From: Gilliamella mensalis
GTDB taxonomy: Bacteria > Pseudomonadota > Gammaproteobacteria > Enterobacterales > Orbaceae
Reading direction: 5' to 3'
DNA length: 40,000 nucleotides
NCBI RefSeq assembly: GCF_900103085.1
Contig: NZ_FMWR01000017.1
Coordinates: 88,040-128,039 of the forward strand
Each line of letters starts with the position of its first letter. The stretch's first letter is position 1. Under the pieces are notes generated by a model. That model did not search any database, was not told the origin of the DNA, and saw only the letters and a program-made list of their open reading frames with translations. Both the position numbers and the translations under genes were made by a program. This document shows, piece by piece, positions 14,173 through 22,445 of the stretch.

Positions 14173-14739
14173 TTATTCGATAAATTCATTATAAATTTCG
14201 GTAATAATGCCTGCATAACTTGGATGTATATGGTAGATCATGGATAACAAGTGACGTCCTCTTAAATCACCTCCCAGCGGAATAATAATATTTTTGCTTT
14301 GCAATGATTTAACATACTGATCAGAGCCATCTAAGCTGAGCGAATTTGTGCGCTGGTGTACAAACATGAATAAGATTTTTAATTCATTTTCATCTAATTG
14401 ATGAATTATTTTCTTGATATGTTGATCTCTGTTTTTTATTTTTATTTTTTGGTTCTTGTTTTTTAAAATTTTATTAAAAACCAAAACAACAGTATCAACA
14501 ACCAAGTAACTGATGATAAAGAGCACAATATAAAACACTGTCTTTCCAGAAACAAATGGAACCTCTATATTTTCAATATATGTTATTACTGCCTTTGGAG
14601 TAAAAACACAACCACAAATAAACAAAAGAACGGTATACATAATTCGCCTTATTGATACTTTCCCTGTTACAAAAGAAAAAAGATGAGTAACCCATTCCGG
14701 CATGATTGAATATCCAAATTTACTGTTGTGGTAATTCAA
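14173..14739 (-). CDS. SieB-like superinfection exclusion membrane protein
   Basis: 188 aa. The N-terminal half has 2-3 hydrophobic helices (YTVLLFICGCVFTPKAVI, VFYIVLFIISYLVVDTVVLVF). The C-terminus QLDENELKILFMFVHQRTNSLSLDGSDQYVKSLQSKNIII resembles the SieB family as I recall it. Size and location beside the immunity region match lambda/P22 sieB. Confidence 0.45.
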   Translation of the reverse strand: MNYHNSKFGYSIMPEWVTHLFSFVTGKVSIRRIMYTVLLFICGCVFTPKAVITYIENIEVPFVSGKTVFYIVLFIISYLVVDTVVLVFNKILKNKNQKIKIKNRDQHIKKIIHQLDENELKILFMFVHQRTNSLSLDGSDQYVKSLQSKNIIIPLGGDLRGRHLLSMIYHIHPSYAGIITEIYNEFIE

Positions 14740-14858
14740 TTATACCAGATTCCTTGCTGTTGTGGTGACAAAAAGGACACTTGAGCCTAACAAGTATAAA
14801 GATAGGCACACTTAGTTAATGCAATTCCTGATTACAGAATGTTAGTGGAGTAAATCGT

Positions 14859-14889
14859 ACGCTCTCGGAGTGCAGACCAGAGCGTTTTT
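14859..14889 (+). promoter_or_regulatory. Leader hairpin C with conserved loop AGUGCAGA (7+2-bp stem, T-run; terminator-like)
   Basis: ACGCTCT-C-GG-AGTGCAGA-CC-AGAGCGT-TTTT, with the T-run ending about 34 nt upstream of the 14924 start codon. Confidence 0.55.
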
Positions 14890-14923
14890 AAAGATTTTTT
14901 TATAAACAACGTGGAGTATTAGT

Positions 14924-15448
14924 ATGACTTGGATTACAACCCATTCAGGGTTAAATTTTGATTATCAAAACCCTACAGCCAATACAATCTGTATTGAAGA
15001 TATCGCAAAAGGCTTATCTCATGAATGCCGTTACACTGGCCAGCTTGATAGATTTTATTCTGTAGCTCAACATTCTGTTGAATGTAGTTACGTTGTTGCC
15101 GATAAATTTAAATTAGAAGCATTGTTACATGATGCTGTTGAAGCGTACTGCAAAGACATCCCATCACCACTAAAAAAATTATTACATGATTACCGCCTAG
15201 TTGAAGACAAGGTTGATCAAGTTATCAGGCAAAAATTTAATTTGCCATTAACTATTTCTCCCGAAGTTAAACAAGCTGACCTTATTTTATTAGCAACTGA
15301 GCATCGTGATATAGCTAATGATGGCAAAGAATGGCCAATGCTAAAAGGTATTCCATTGCTTGAGAGAAAAATAGAGCCAGTGCCAAGTGGCATTGCTTAT
15401 AACCGCTTCATGCGTCGGTTTTATGAGTTGATCAAACAGGAGATGTAA
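14924..15448 (+). CDS. HD-domain phosphohydrolase (YfbR/5'-deoxynucleotidase-like)
   Basis: 174 aa. IEDIAKGLSHECRYTGQLDRFYSVAQHSVECS...EALLHDAVEAYCKDIPSPLKK...KQADLILLATEHRD carries the H..HD..D pattern. Confidence 0.7.
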   Translation: MTWITTHSGLNFDYQNPTANTICIEDIAKGLSHECRYTGQLDRFYSVAQHSVECSYVVADKFKLEALLHDAVEAYCKDIPSPLKKLLHDYRLVEDKVDQVIRQKFNLPLTISPEVKQADLILLATEHRDIANDGKEWPMLKGIPLLERKIEPVPSGIAYNRFMRRFYELIKQEM

Positions 15449-15460
15449 AAATGGCAGAAT

Positions 15461-15727
15461 ATGGCGGGCGTTATTTGTCGAGATCAACTAAAACGCGAAT
15501 ATTTAAAAACAGACACATTTATAACGGCTAATGAGTATTTTACATCTGAACTATCTGATTATCTGGTTGAGTTTCAAGCTGATCTTTGGGAAACGGCCAA
15601 CCCATTACATAGATTAACTCAATTCTGGTTAGCTACACCAAATAAAACTGAAATTACAGAACAAGTTGTCATGAAAATGATTAATAGTAAAAAAGGTTTT
15701 AATAATTTTATGACTGGGCATGAATAA
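15461..15727 (+). CDS. Hypothetical phage protein (88 aa)
   Basis: ORF only. It sits in the same operon orientation and has no recognisable motif. Confidence 0.4.
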   Translation: MAGVICRDQLKREYLKTDTFITANEYFTSELSDYLVEFQADLWETANPLHRLTQFWLATPNKTEITEQVVMKMINSKKGFNNFMTGHE

Positions 15728-15995
15728 AATCATATAGTTAACAGAAGATCAATTATTGGAAATAGCTGGAAGTTACGATCGTGAAAAACCACCAACCACT
15801 GAGATGGTTATGGCTGTCGAAATACTAAATCGTAGAGCAGAAATTAGGTTAATAAAAAGTAAAGTTTATTCAACAAAACAAAGAATAGATAACGATATTA
15901 AAGAACTATATTTAGATTTAGAACGACTATAAAGCATGGAACAAGCGATTGAGGGCTGAATATGACTAGATATAGCAAACAAGGAAAAAATTAAA

Positions 15996-16595
15996 ATGAC
16001 AATTAATACAGTTATTATTGATATTGAAACATTAGATACAAAACCGACGGCAATTATATTGTCAATTGGAGCGTTTGCATTTGATAGATTTAATTTAAAT
16101 GAAACGTCAGAAAAAATAGAAATGGTTGAAATTTCAGGTTGTTACAGTGATCATCATCTATACCTGTCATGTGACCTGCCAGACCAATTATTTTATTCCA
16201 ACCGAACGATCAGCAATGAAACGCTAGAATGGTGGAGATCTCAAGTTGATAAAAAAATTGCATTCCCTGTACCAGGGCATTCTCACTTAGAAGAAGCTCT
16301 TAAGAAATTAATATCTAAAATAAATGAATGGAAAAAAATTAACCCTGATATTGCATTTTATTTTAGAGGAACAAATTTTGACCCGATTATTTTAGAAAAT
16401 GCATTCAATGAATATTCATTACAAACGCCGTGGTTATATTACCAAGTCAGAGATGTTAGAACATATATTGACGCATTAACACGAACAGCAAAAGGAAAAA
16501 TTGAAGACTATACGCCGTCATTTAATTTTTTAAAACATAACGCACTACATGATGCAATGTTCGATGCAGAGCAAATGTGTTTGGTTTCAAAATAA
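15996..16595 (+). CDS. DEDDh-type 3'-5' exonuclease (DnaQ-like fold)
   Basis: 199 aa. VIIDIETLD is Exo I (DxE). FRGTNFDPIILEN is Exo II. HNALHDAMFDAEQ is Exo III (H-x4-D). Confidence 0.7.
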   Translation: MTINTVIIDIETLDTKPTAIILSIGAFAFDRFNLNETSEKIEMVEISGCYSDHHLYLSCDLPDQLFYSNRTISNETLEWWRSQVDKKIAFPVPGHSHLEEALKKLISKINEWKKINPDIAFYFRGTNFDPIILENAFNEYSLQTPWLYYQVRDVRTYIDALTRTAKGKIEDYTPSFNFLKHNALHDAMFDAEQMCLVSK

Positions 16596-16654
16596 TTGTT
16601 AAGTTGCAGATAACAATTATTTAATAATTTTGTGGAGTAAAAGGAGTGCAAAAA

Positions 16655-16912
16655 ATGATACGTTATTTACCAATTTCTAAATATTGTAGTGAATATGGCG
16701 ACACGGTAGGTGCTGTTGATAAAAGGCTAAAACGAGGCATTTGGGCTTTCGGAGTACATGTTTTCCGTGTTGAAGGTATAAAAGAACGTCAGGTAGATAT
16801 AGTAGCGGTTGATGAATGGAAAGGAAAGGAAAGGAAAAGCAAAAATGTCGCGTGGTGTAACAATTCGAAAACACGCAAACGTTCAAACATTAATTATCAC
16901 ATTTACATTTAA
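16655..16912 (+). CDS. xis: Excisionase-like protein
   Basis: Small basic protein immediately 5' of int and overlapping it. The ATG at 16655 lies 9 nt after AAGGAG; the track ORF starts at the GTG at 16646. There is a loose resemblance to lambda-type Xis. Confidence 0.5.
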   Translation: MIRYLPISKYCSEYGDTVGAVDKRLKRGIWAFGVHVFRVEGIKERQVDIVAVDEWKGKERKSKNVAWCNNSKTRKRSNINYHIYI

Positions 16913-17990
16913 AGGTGTTTGTTGTCGTGAACCGCTACGTGGACTACCCGTTACCCCATCAAACATAAAATATGCAGAACGACAAAGAGGTGAAATATTA
17001 AATAGTATTGAACGAGGAACTTTTAATTATGCTGATTTCTTTCCAAAGTCAAGTAAGCTGAAAATATTTGGCTATTCAAGTAAAGGATTAAAAGTTAAGA
17101 GCTATTTAGATAGTTATTTATCTTTATGTGAAAAACGTAAGTTATCTCCATCAACGATCAACGGCTATCAGAAGTGCATTAATGCACTTCATGATCTTCA
17201 TGATATTTGCATAACCGAATTAACACCAGGAATTATAAAAAATTGGGTACAAGAACAAACAACATCAATTAAGACTAAACGTAATAACTTATCTTACCTT
17301 AAGTCATCTCTTGATGATGCTATTATTGATGGGATAATTTCTATTAATCCCGTTCAGTCTGTATCAGTATCTAAATATCATGACAAAAGCACAGAGCAAG
17401 ATAAAAGTGATTACGTTGTTGATCCGTTCTCGCCAGATGAGGTTAACACAATATTACAATGTTGTAGCAATGAACAATGGGAAAATTTATTTAGGTTCGC
17501 TTTAGCAACAGGCATGAGGTCAAGCGAGCTTTGCGCATTAAAATGGAAAAATATCGACTTTATTAAAAACAAAGTACATGTAAATTCTGCTCGAGTAGTT
17601 GGAGTTGAAAAAGGAACAAAAACAAAAGCAGGAACTCGTATTATTGATCTGGATAACAATGCATTAATAGCATTAGCTAAACAAAAGAAATTTAGTTTTT
17701 TACATAATGAGTATGTTTTTTTGGATCCAAAAACAAATAAACAATGGGAGGGGGCTGATGCAATACGAAAAAAAGCTTGGGTACCAGTGTTAAAACGATC
17801 TGGAGTACGCTACCGCAACCCGTATCAAACTAGACACACGTTTGCAACATATCATCTAAGCAACGGCGTTAATCTATTTTGGTTAGCAGAGCAAATGGGG
17901 CATAAAGGTCCAGAAATGTTATTCCGGCATTACGGTTCGTACCTTGAATCATACGACGGTAATACATCAATCAAAAAAGCATCAAAATAA
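16845..17990 (+). CDS. int: Tyrosine recombinase / phage integrase
   Basis: The N-terminal arm-binding pattern is GVTIRKHANVQTLIITFTFKGVCCREPLRGLPVTPSNIKYAERQRGEILNSIERGTFNY. The catalytic region reads GMRSSELCALKW...TRHTFAT...GHKGPEMLFRHYGSY (R...HxxR...Y). It ends 73 nt before attR. The track ORF starts 12 codons earlier, at 16809. Confidence 0.9.
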   Translation: MSRGVTIRKHANVQTLIITFTFKGVCCREPLRGLPVTPSNIKYAERQRGEILNSIERGTFNYADFFPKSSKLKIFGYSSKGLKVKSYLDSYLSLCEKRKLSPSTINGYQKCINALHDLHDICITELTPGIIKNWVQEQTTSIKTKRNNLSYLKSSLDDAIIDGIISINPVQSVSVSKYHDKSTEQDKSDYVVDPFSPDEVNTILQCCSNEQWENLFRFALATGMRSSELCALKWKNIDFIKNKVHVNSARVVGVEKGTKTKAGTRIIDLDNNALIALAKQKKFSFLHNEYVFLDPKTNKQWEGADAIRKKAWVPVLKRSGVRYRNPYQTRHTFATYHLSNGVNLFWLAEQMGHKGPEMLFRHYGSYLESYDGNTSIKKASK

Positions 17991-18063
17991 AATGCACGTC
18001 TAATGCACGCAAAAAACAAATAAAATAAAAAATCATTATTATTTATATTGATATTAAAATCTA

Positions 18064-18096
18064 GACGCGGGTTCAACTCCCGCCAGCTCCACCACT
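18064..18096 (+). repeat. attR core of the prophage (also the proximal att of the next island): 33-bp copy of the ssrA 3' end
   Basis: Identical to 1469-1501. Confidence 0.9.
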
Positions 18097-18270
18097 ATAT
18101 TGTTCATTAAAATTCACCAACTATTATTAATTCATTATAATTCAAATGTTTTATAGTGTTTTTTATGTCAATGAGTATTACGTTAATTCAATGACAATCA
18201 ATAGTTTTAGTTATATAATTGGTTATACGCTAAAAACACAACATCAACGTATAGCTATAAGTATATAACT

Positions 18271-18872
18271 ATGGCACGTATAACTACACCACTCACAAAT
18301 ACTAAAAATCAGAACAGCTAAGTCCTTAGAAAAAGATTATACTTTATCTGATGGGAATGGTTTGTATTTACTTGTTAAATCAATAGGTACAAAGATTTGG
18401 CGTTTTAATTATATCGGCCACCTCTAAAGTAAGAGCCCTTGTAAGTTTTGGATCATATCCTGAAATTAGTTTAGCTGATGCTAGACTAAAAAGGGATGAA
18501 GCAAAACAATTACTTGCTAAAGGAATAGATCCTCAACAATATAAAAAAGATCAACTAAAACTACTTAGAGATGAACAGAATAATACTTTTGAAAAGGTTG
18601 CTACTGATTGGTTTAAATTAAAATCTTCATCTAATTTCAAAGCTGCTACATTAAAAGATATTTGGCGTTCTTTAGAATTACATGTACTACCTTATGTAGG
18701 TAGTATTGCTATCACAGAAATTAAAGCAAGAGATTTTATAAATGCTCTTGAACCAATTAAACAACAAGGAAAGCTAGAATCTATTCGACGAATATGCCAA
18801 CGAATCAAAGAAAAAATAACCGTCACAGATTCTCATAAAGCGATTTTTGATAAAACGCCTTATGAGCTTTAG
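18271..18872 (+). pseudogene. P4/CP4-57-type integrase, N-terminal ~190 codons only, with at least two frameshifts
   Basis: Frames read MARITTPLTNTK / EKDYTLSDGNGLYLLVKSIGTKIWRFNY / LVSFGSYPEISLADARLKRDEAKQLLAKGIDPQQYKK...FEKVATDWF. This is the classic P4-integrase N-terminal domain; the catalytic domain is absent. Confidence 0.8.
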
Positions 18873-18920
18873 TGGATTATTTTTATAATGAAATGCAAAC
18901 ACAGAGGTATTTTCTGCGCA

Positions 18921-19223
18921 TTATGCACCCTTTTCGTCTATAGCATGAGTTGACGGTTGAGCGTGCGGAGCATTGTTAATTTGAATTGAAATATTATTTG
19001 GTGACTGCTGATTATATTTACTTTTATAGATGCAATTAGCATAATCAACCATACTGCTAGTTAGAAAAATATCTACAATCCATCCAATACCGAACAAACC
19101 AAAAGTAAATAACCAAATAAAACCAGAAATCCATTTACCACAGTACATTCGATGGATTCCTCCAACCCCCAAAAAGAACCACAATAAATAAGCAACACCT
19201 TTACTTTTCATAAGTATCTCCAT
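18921..19223 (-). CDS. TM2 domain-containing membrane protein
   Basis: KGVAYLLWFFLGVGGIHRMYCGKWISGFIWLFTFGLFGIGWIVDIFL matches the TM2 pattern. The likely start is MKSKG at 19211. Confidence 0.7.
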   Translation of the reverse strand: MEILMKSKGVAYLLWFFLGVGGIHRMYCGKWISGFIWLFTFGLFGIGWIVDIFLTSSMVDYANCIYKSKYNQQSPNNISIQINNAPHAQPSTHAIDEKGA

Positions 19224-19468
19224 TTTTATAATTAAATGATGTTATCCAATAACAATTAATAAATTTTTTAACGAATCTTTATTGATATCTGATCACTGAC
19301 TAAGCGTTTTTTTAGTTTTGTGATTATATCTGCTGATGCCATGTTTACGCTTTTTTATTTATAGTGCAAACATTGAATTATCTAGACATATACTTTTGCA
19401 TGATATCACTTATTAAAACAATATTATAGTAAATTAAGCCGATTATCAACATAGTAATAGTCTCTAGT

Positions 19469-19821
19469 TTATTTCGTTTCATTTTTAAGTAATGATAAAC
19501 GTTTGGTGTCAACGTGTAGCATTTCGCCCAGATAGGTTTTGTTATAGCGTTTAGCTTGCCATCTTAATTTATCTTCAATAGATTTTTCAACTTTAACCAG
19601 ACGTTTAATACCATATAACTGATAGTTTTATAACGTTCATTCTTACTGGTTAAAGGGACAAAAAGCTTTAATCGAGCTTTCTCTAGTACGTTATAAATGG
19701 TCGGGCGACTAACCATAAAGCATTTAGCCAAATCAGTGATGGTTATTTTTTCTTTATGATATAAACGCCATATCTCTTGTCTGTGATAAGGCGTTAGTTT
19801 TATTTTTTTATGTATATTCAT
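19469..19821 (-). pseudogene. IS481-family transposase fragment (N-terminal HTH region to the first catalytic D), frameshifted and truncated
   Basis: MNIHKKIKLTPYHRQEIWRLYHKEKITITDLAKCFMVSRPTIYNVLEKARL... After a frameshift it continues YGIKRLVKVEKSIEDKLRWQAKRYNKTYLGEMLHVDTKRLSLLKNETK then stop. Confidence 0.7.
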
Positions 19822-19957
19822 TACAGTATTCTCTCTAATTACTGTAAACAATGCGAGGAACTCCAACAGATAATGAAAAACAGAAAAGTAATAAAAAGAT
19901 GGATCGAGATTATTAACTATTATGTGATCTTTACAGATCACTTATTTAAAATTTTGG

Positions 19958-20182
19958 TTATTTTTTCTCACCGTAATTAGGGAAAATACTATTGAGATTA
20001 TGATTTGCCGCAGATCTTGCATTTTCACATGCTTGTGAATTTTTATCTATTTCACCATTATGGCATTTTTTTAAAAATACTTTAAGTTCATCTTGATGTT
20101 GTTTCCAGCATTTCATCGTTTTAATATCCTCACTACAGGCAAATAAAAAAATTGCTAAATCCAAATTTCTTATACAGAACAA
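19958..20182 (-). CDS. Small Cys-rich hypothetical protein, possible lipoprotein
   Basis: 74 aa. The N-terminus LDLAIFLFAC has a lipobox-like LFAC. The predicted mature part has four cysteines, counting the lipobox Cys. Confidence 0.3.
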   Translation of the reverse strand: MFCIRNLDLAIFLFACSEDIKTMKCWKQHQDELKVFLKKCHNGEIDKNSQACENARSAANHNLNSIFPNYGEKK

Positions 20183-20292
20183 TTGACGCTCATTGAACGA
20201 TATAAACGATCAAAAATAATGATGAACAAATTCTATTAGTTTTATATCGAATATATTTTAAAAAATATGAAATTTAGGGTAAACCACAAATT

Positions 20293-20321
20293 TTGATACA
20301 ATCACATTTATTATTTATTAT
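20293..20321 (+). promoter_or_regulatory. Putative sigma-70 promoter (TTGATA-17 nt-TATTAT) for the ATPase/TOPRIM-like pair
   Basis: -35 at 20293-20298 and -10 at 20316-20321, about 62 nt upstream of the ATG at 20384 (RBS AGGAAA). The background is very AT-rich, so specificity is low. Confidence 0.35.
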
Positions 20322-20383
20322 TTATTGTTTATTTATAATAAATAAATTAGAATTAATTTATATTCCGATATTAGGAAAATATA

Positions 20384-21580
20384 ATGATATTTACTAGATT
20401 GAAAATCGATAATCTATTCAGTTTCAAAAATGCAGAACTTGAACTAAGTTTTAAACGTAAACCTACTTTTCCGACTATAGATGGTGAACATATTTTAGGA
20501 AGAGAAAATTATTATTTTAAAAAAGTTTGCATTTTATCTGGAACTAATTCAAGCGGTAAAACCTCTGTTGGAAAAATTCTTTGCGATATACAAAATTATA
20601 TTTTGCAAAATCATCCATTACAGTCTGGAGATAAAATTTACAATAAAAGTAAATTCGGTGTTATTGAAGTTGATTATGCTACTACAACGCCTAAGCCCTA
20701 TGCACACAGGCTTAAAATTGAAATCACTGAAAATAATGTAATAAATAATATTCTTTATGTCAATTCACCTATAGGTAAAAACGATAGCTGTTTTCAGCTA
20801 AGAAAAAAAATTGACAAAATAATTTTAAATAAAGAAGCACCTAGAGGAGCTTGTTTTTTTAAAAGAGATGGCTCAGAAGTCATTAATTTCCCCTTTGAAT
20901 TTATTAAAAAACATGGTGTTAATGGTTGTTGGTATTATTTATTCTCTGAAAATGACGAGACTAGTATTCCTATTAGAGATACTTTTGATTTAAAAATTAT
21001 GAAAAGTATTTTGTCTTCTTTTGATTATACAATTGAAAAAGTAGTAGAAATAGCAATAAATGGCTCAGGTAAAAAGAAAGAGAAAAAAGAGGTAACTGGA
21101 CACAGAATATATTTTAAAAATGGAGATGCGGTTGATATTAATGACAAAGGTGATATAACAAATAATAAAAATCGATTATCTAAAGGGACTTATGATGCAA
21201 TAAAAATAGCCTCATTAATAGGGAAAATTGGACAGGAAAAAGAGTTTTGTGATAATGATGTTACGTGTGCAACTTACTATTTAGATGAGAAAATGTCGTA
21301 CTCTCATTCTGAACTTGAAGTTTCAATTATTAATTTAATTATTAGTAAAATGGGAAGAAATTGTCAATTTTTTTATACGACTCACAATTATGAAGTTTTA
21401 GACTTAAATTTGCCAATTCATTCATTTACTTTTTTAGTAAAAGATTCTGGTAATTCTTTCTTTATTGAAGCTCAGGAAAAATACAAAAAAAATGATAGAA
21501 ATTTAATTAATCACATTAAAAACAATTTTTTCAAGACTCTCCCATCTACTAATGAACTAGAAAGATTAATAGAGGATTAG
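20384..21580 (+). CDS. ABC/SMC-type ATPase (AAA_21/AAA_15-like), defence-associated class
   Basis: 398 aa. The N-terminus FTRLKIDNLFSFKNAELELSF is followed by Walker A LSGTNSSGKTS (nt 20540-20566). LSKGTYDAIKIA is signature-like, ATYYLDE is Walker B, and FFYTTHN is the H-loop. Confidence 0.8.
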   Translation: MIFTRLKIDNLFSFKNAELELSFKRKPTFPTIDGEHILGRENYYFKKVCILSGTNSSGKTSVGKILCDIQNYILQNHPLQSGDKIYNKSKFGVIEVDYATTTPKPYAHRLKIEITENNVINNILYVNSPIGKNDSCFQLRKKIDKIILNKEAPRGACFFKRDGSEVINFPFEFIKKHGVNGCWYYLFSENDETSIPIRDTFDLKIMKSILSSFDYTIEKVVEIAINGSGKKKEKKEVTGHRIYFKNGDAVDINDKGDITNNKNRLSKGTYDAIKIASLIGKIGQEKEFCDNDVTCATYYLDEKMSYSHSELEVSIINLIISKMGRNCQFFYTTHNYEVLDLNLPIHSFTFLVKDSGNSFFIEAQEKYKKNDRNLINHIKNNFFKTLPSTNELERLIED

Positions 21581-21585
21581 TTTCT

Positions 21586-22122
21586 ATGAGCTATTGTTTT
21601 GTTGAAGGTGAGTGTGAGCAAAAACTTGTTCAGGAACTTATATCTAGTAAAAAAATAAAATTGTCTCATATTAAAAAAATCAATATGTGGGAGTCTGCTA
21701 TCGAAAGACATTTAGTCCAAATTAAAAGAAATGACAAAATTTTTGTGATATTTGATACTGATGTTATTACTCCGAAGCGGAGCGATGTTTTTATAAACAA
21801 TCTTAGAAAGCTTATAAAAAATGGAAATAAAATAGTATTATTAGAACAAAATACTAATTTTGAGGATGAGTTATGCCATTGCTTAGCTCTAAAATTACCT
21901 CTTTTATTTGCAAGTTTTCATGCTCAAGGAAAGAATGAATTTAAAAAGAAATTTATAAATAATTCAACCCTTATAAAAAAATTAACAGATTTAAATATAA
22001 AATGGGTGGGATTGTGGGATAGAGGTGTATTTCATCCAAACCTTACGAATACTATACGTAAAAATATAAGTGTGGGAAACTTTTTAAGTTTACAAAATAG
22101 TAAAAATTTAAGCCTTTTTTAG
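21586..22122 (+). CDS. Small TOPRIM-like / RloB-like protein (178 aa), probable nuclease partner of the ATPase
   Basis: YCFVEGECEQKL (acidic Glu), IFVIFDTDV (DxD) and LLEQNTNFEDELCHCL match the order of the RloB/DUF4435 motifs (CEGxxxE ... FDxD ... NxxFExxL). It begins 5 nt after the ATPase stop. Confidence 0.6.
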   Translation: MSYCFVEGECEQKLVQELISSKKIKLSHIKKINMWESAIERHLVQIKRNDKIFVIFDTDVITPKRSDVFINNLRKLIKNGNKIVLLEQNTNFEDELCHCLALKLPLLFASFHAQGKNEFKKKFINNSTLIKKLTDLNIKWVGLWDRGVFHPNLTNTIRKNISVGNFLSLQNSKNLSLF

Positions 22123-22173
22123 AAAATTAATATTTTCTCATATGTATTAACCGTGAATTTTGCTGACATAACC

Positions 22174-22219
22174 ATGTTGAAAAGTTATTGGTGGCTAGCC
22201 TCCAACAAATTTTCAACAT
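22174..22219. repeat. 46-bp imperfect palindrome (20 of 23 pairs) downstream of the TOPRIM-like gene
   Basis: ATGTTGAAAAGTTATTGGTGGCT / AGCCTCCAACAAATTTTCAACAT. It could be a long terminator hairpin or a protein or recombination site. Confidence 0.6.
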
Positions 22220-22445
22220 TTATTCACCATTACTACACAATCGAAAAATCAACATCGGCGTTTATTTTTAATTTGCGCTCCGCGCTCAAGTAGTAATAAA
22301 TTTTTTATTTTTTTAAGCCCAACTAAGATTATTTTTTCAAGAAAAGTTTAATTTTTATTAAAAAAATAATAAAGGAACAAATAAAGGGAATTACTTATTA
22401 TGAATTGTGAAAAGTTCAATGATAATAATGGGTTGTTTACATTAA

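Larger units (their letters stand above)
1502..18063. mobile_element. Defective lambdoid prophage integrated into ssrA (Q...P-O-cII-cro / cI ... xis-int; no lysis or virion genes)
   Basis: Bounded by a perfect 33-bp att repeat. A tyrosine integrase and excisionase sit next to the right repeat. The gene order is an inverted lambda map. One IS insertion and several frameshifted genes are present. Confidence 0.85.

Noticed and set aside
15756-15932. 58-codon ORF with a TTG start between the 88-aa gene and the exonuclease gene
   Set aside because: It has no ATG start, no clear RBS and no recognisable motif. It may be real or the tail of a decayed gene, so it was left unannotated.
16677-17659. 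Minus-strand ORFs 16677-16886 and 17411-17659
   Set aside because: They are antisense to the xis and int coding sequence and have no supporting signals.
1502-18063. Alternative reading of the virion-gene-less element as a phage satellite (PICI-like) rather than a defective prophage
   Set aside because: Its content is a full lambdoid early region: cI/cro/cII, lambda O/P-type replication, and a QuuD-type Q. Several genes are visibly decayed. An IS without a target duplication sits exactly at the truncation point. I saw no satellite hallmarks such as alpA, a primase-rep fusion or capsid-redirecting genes. This is not fully excluded without comparison to relatives.
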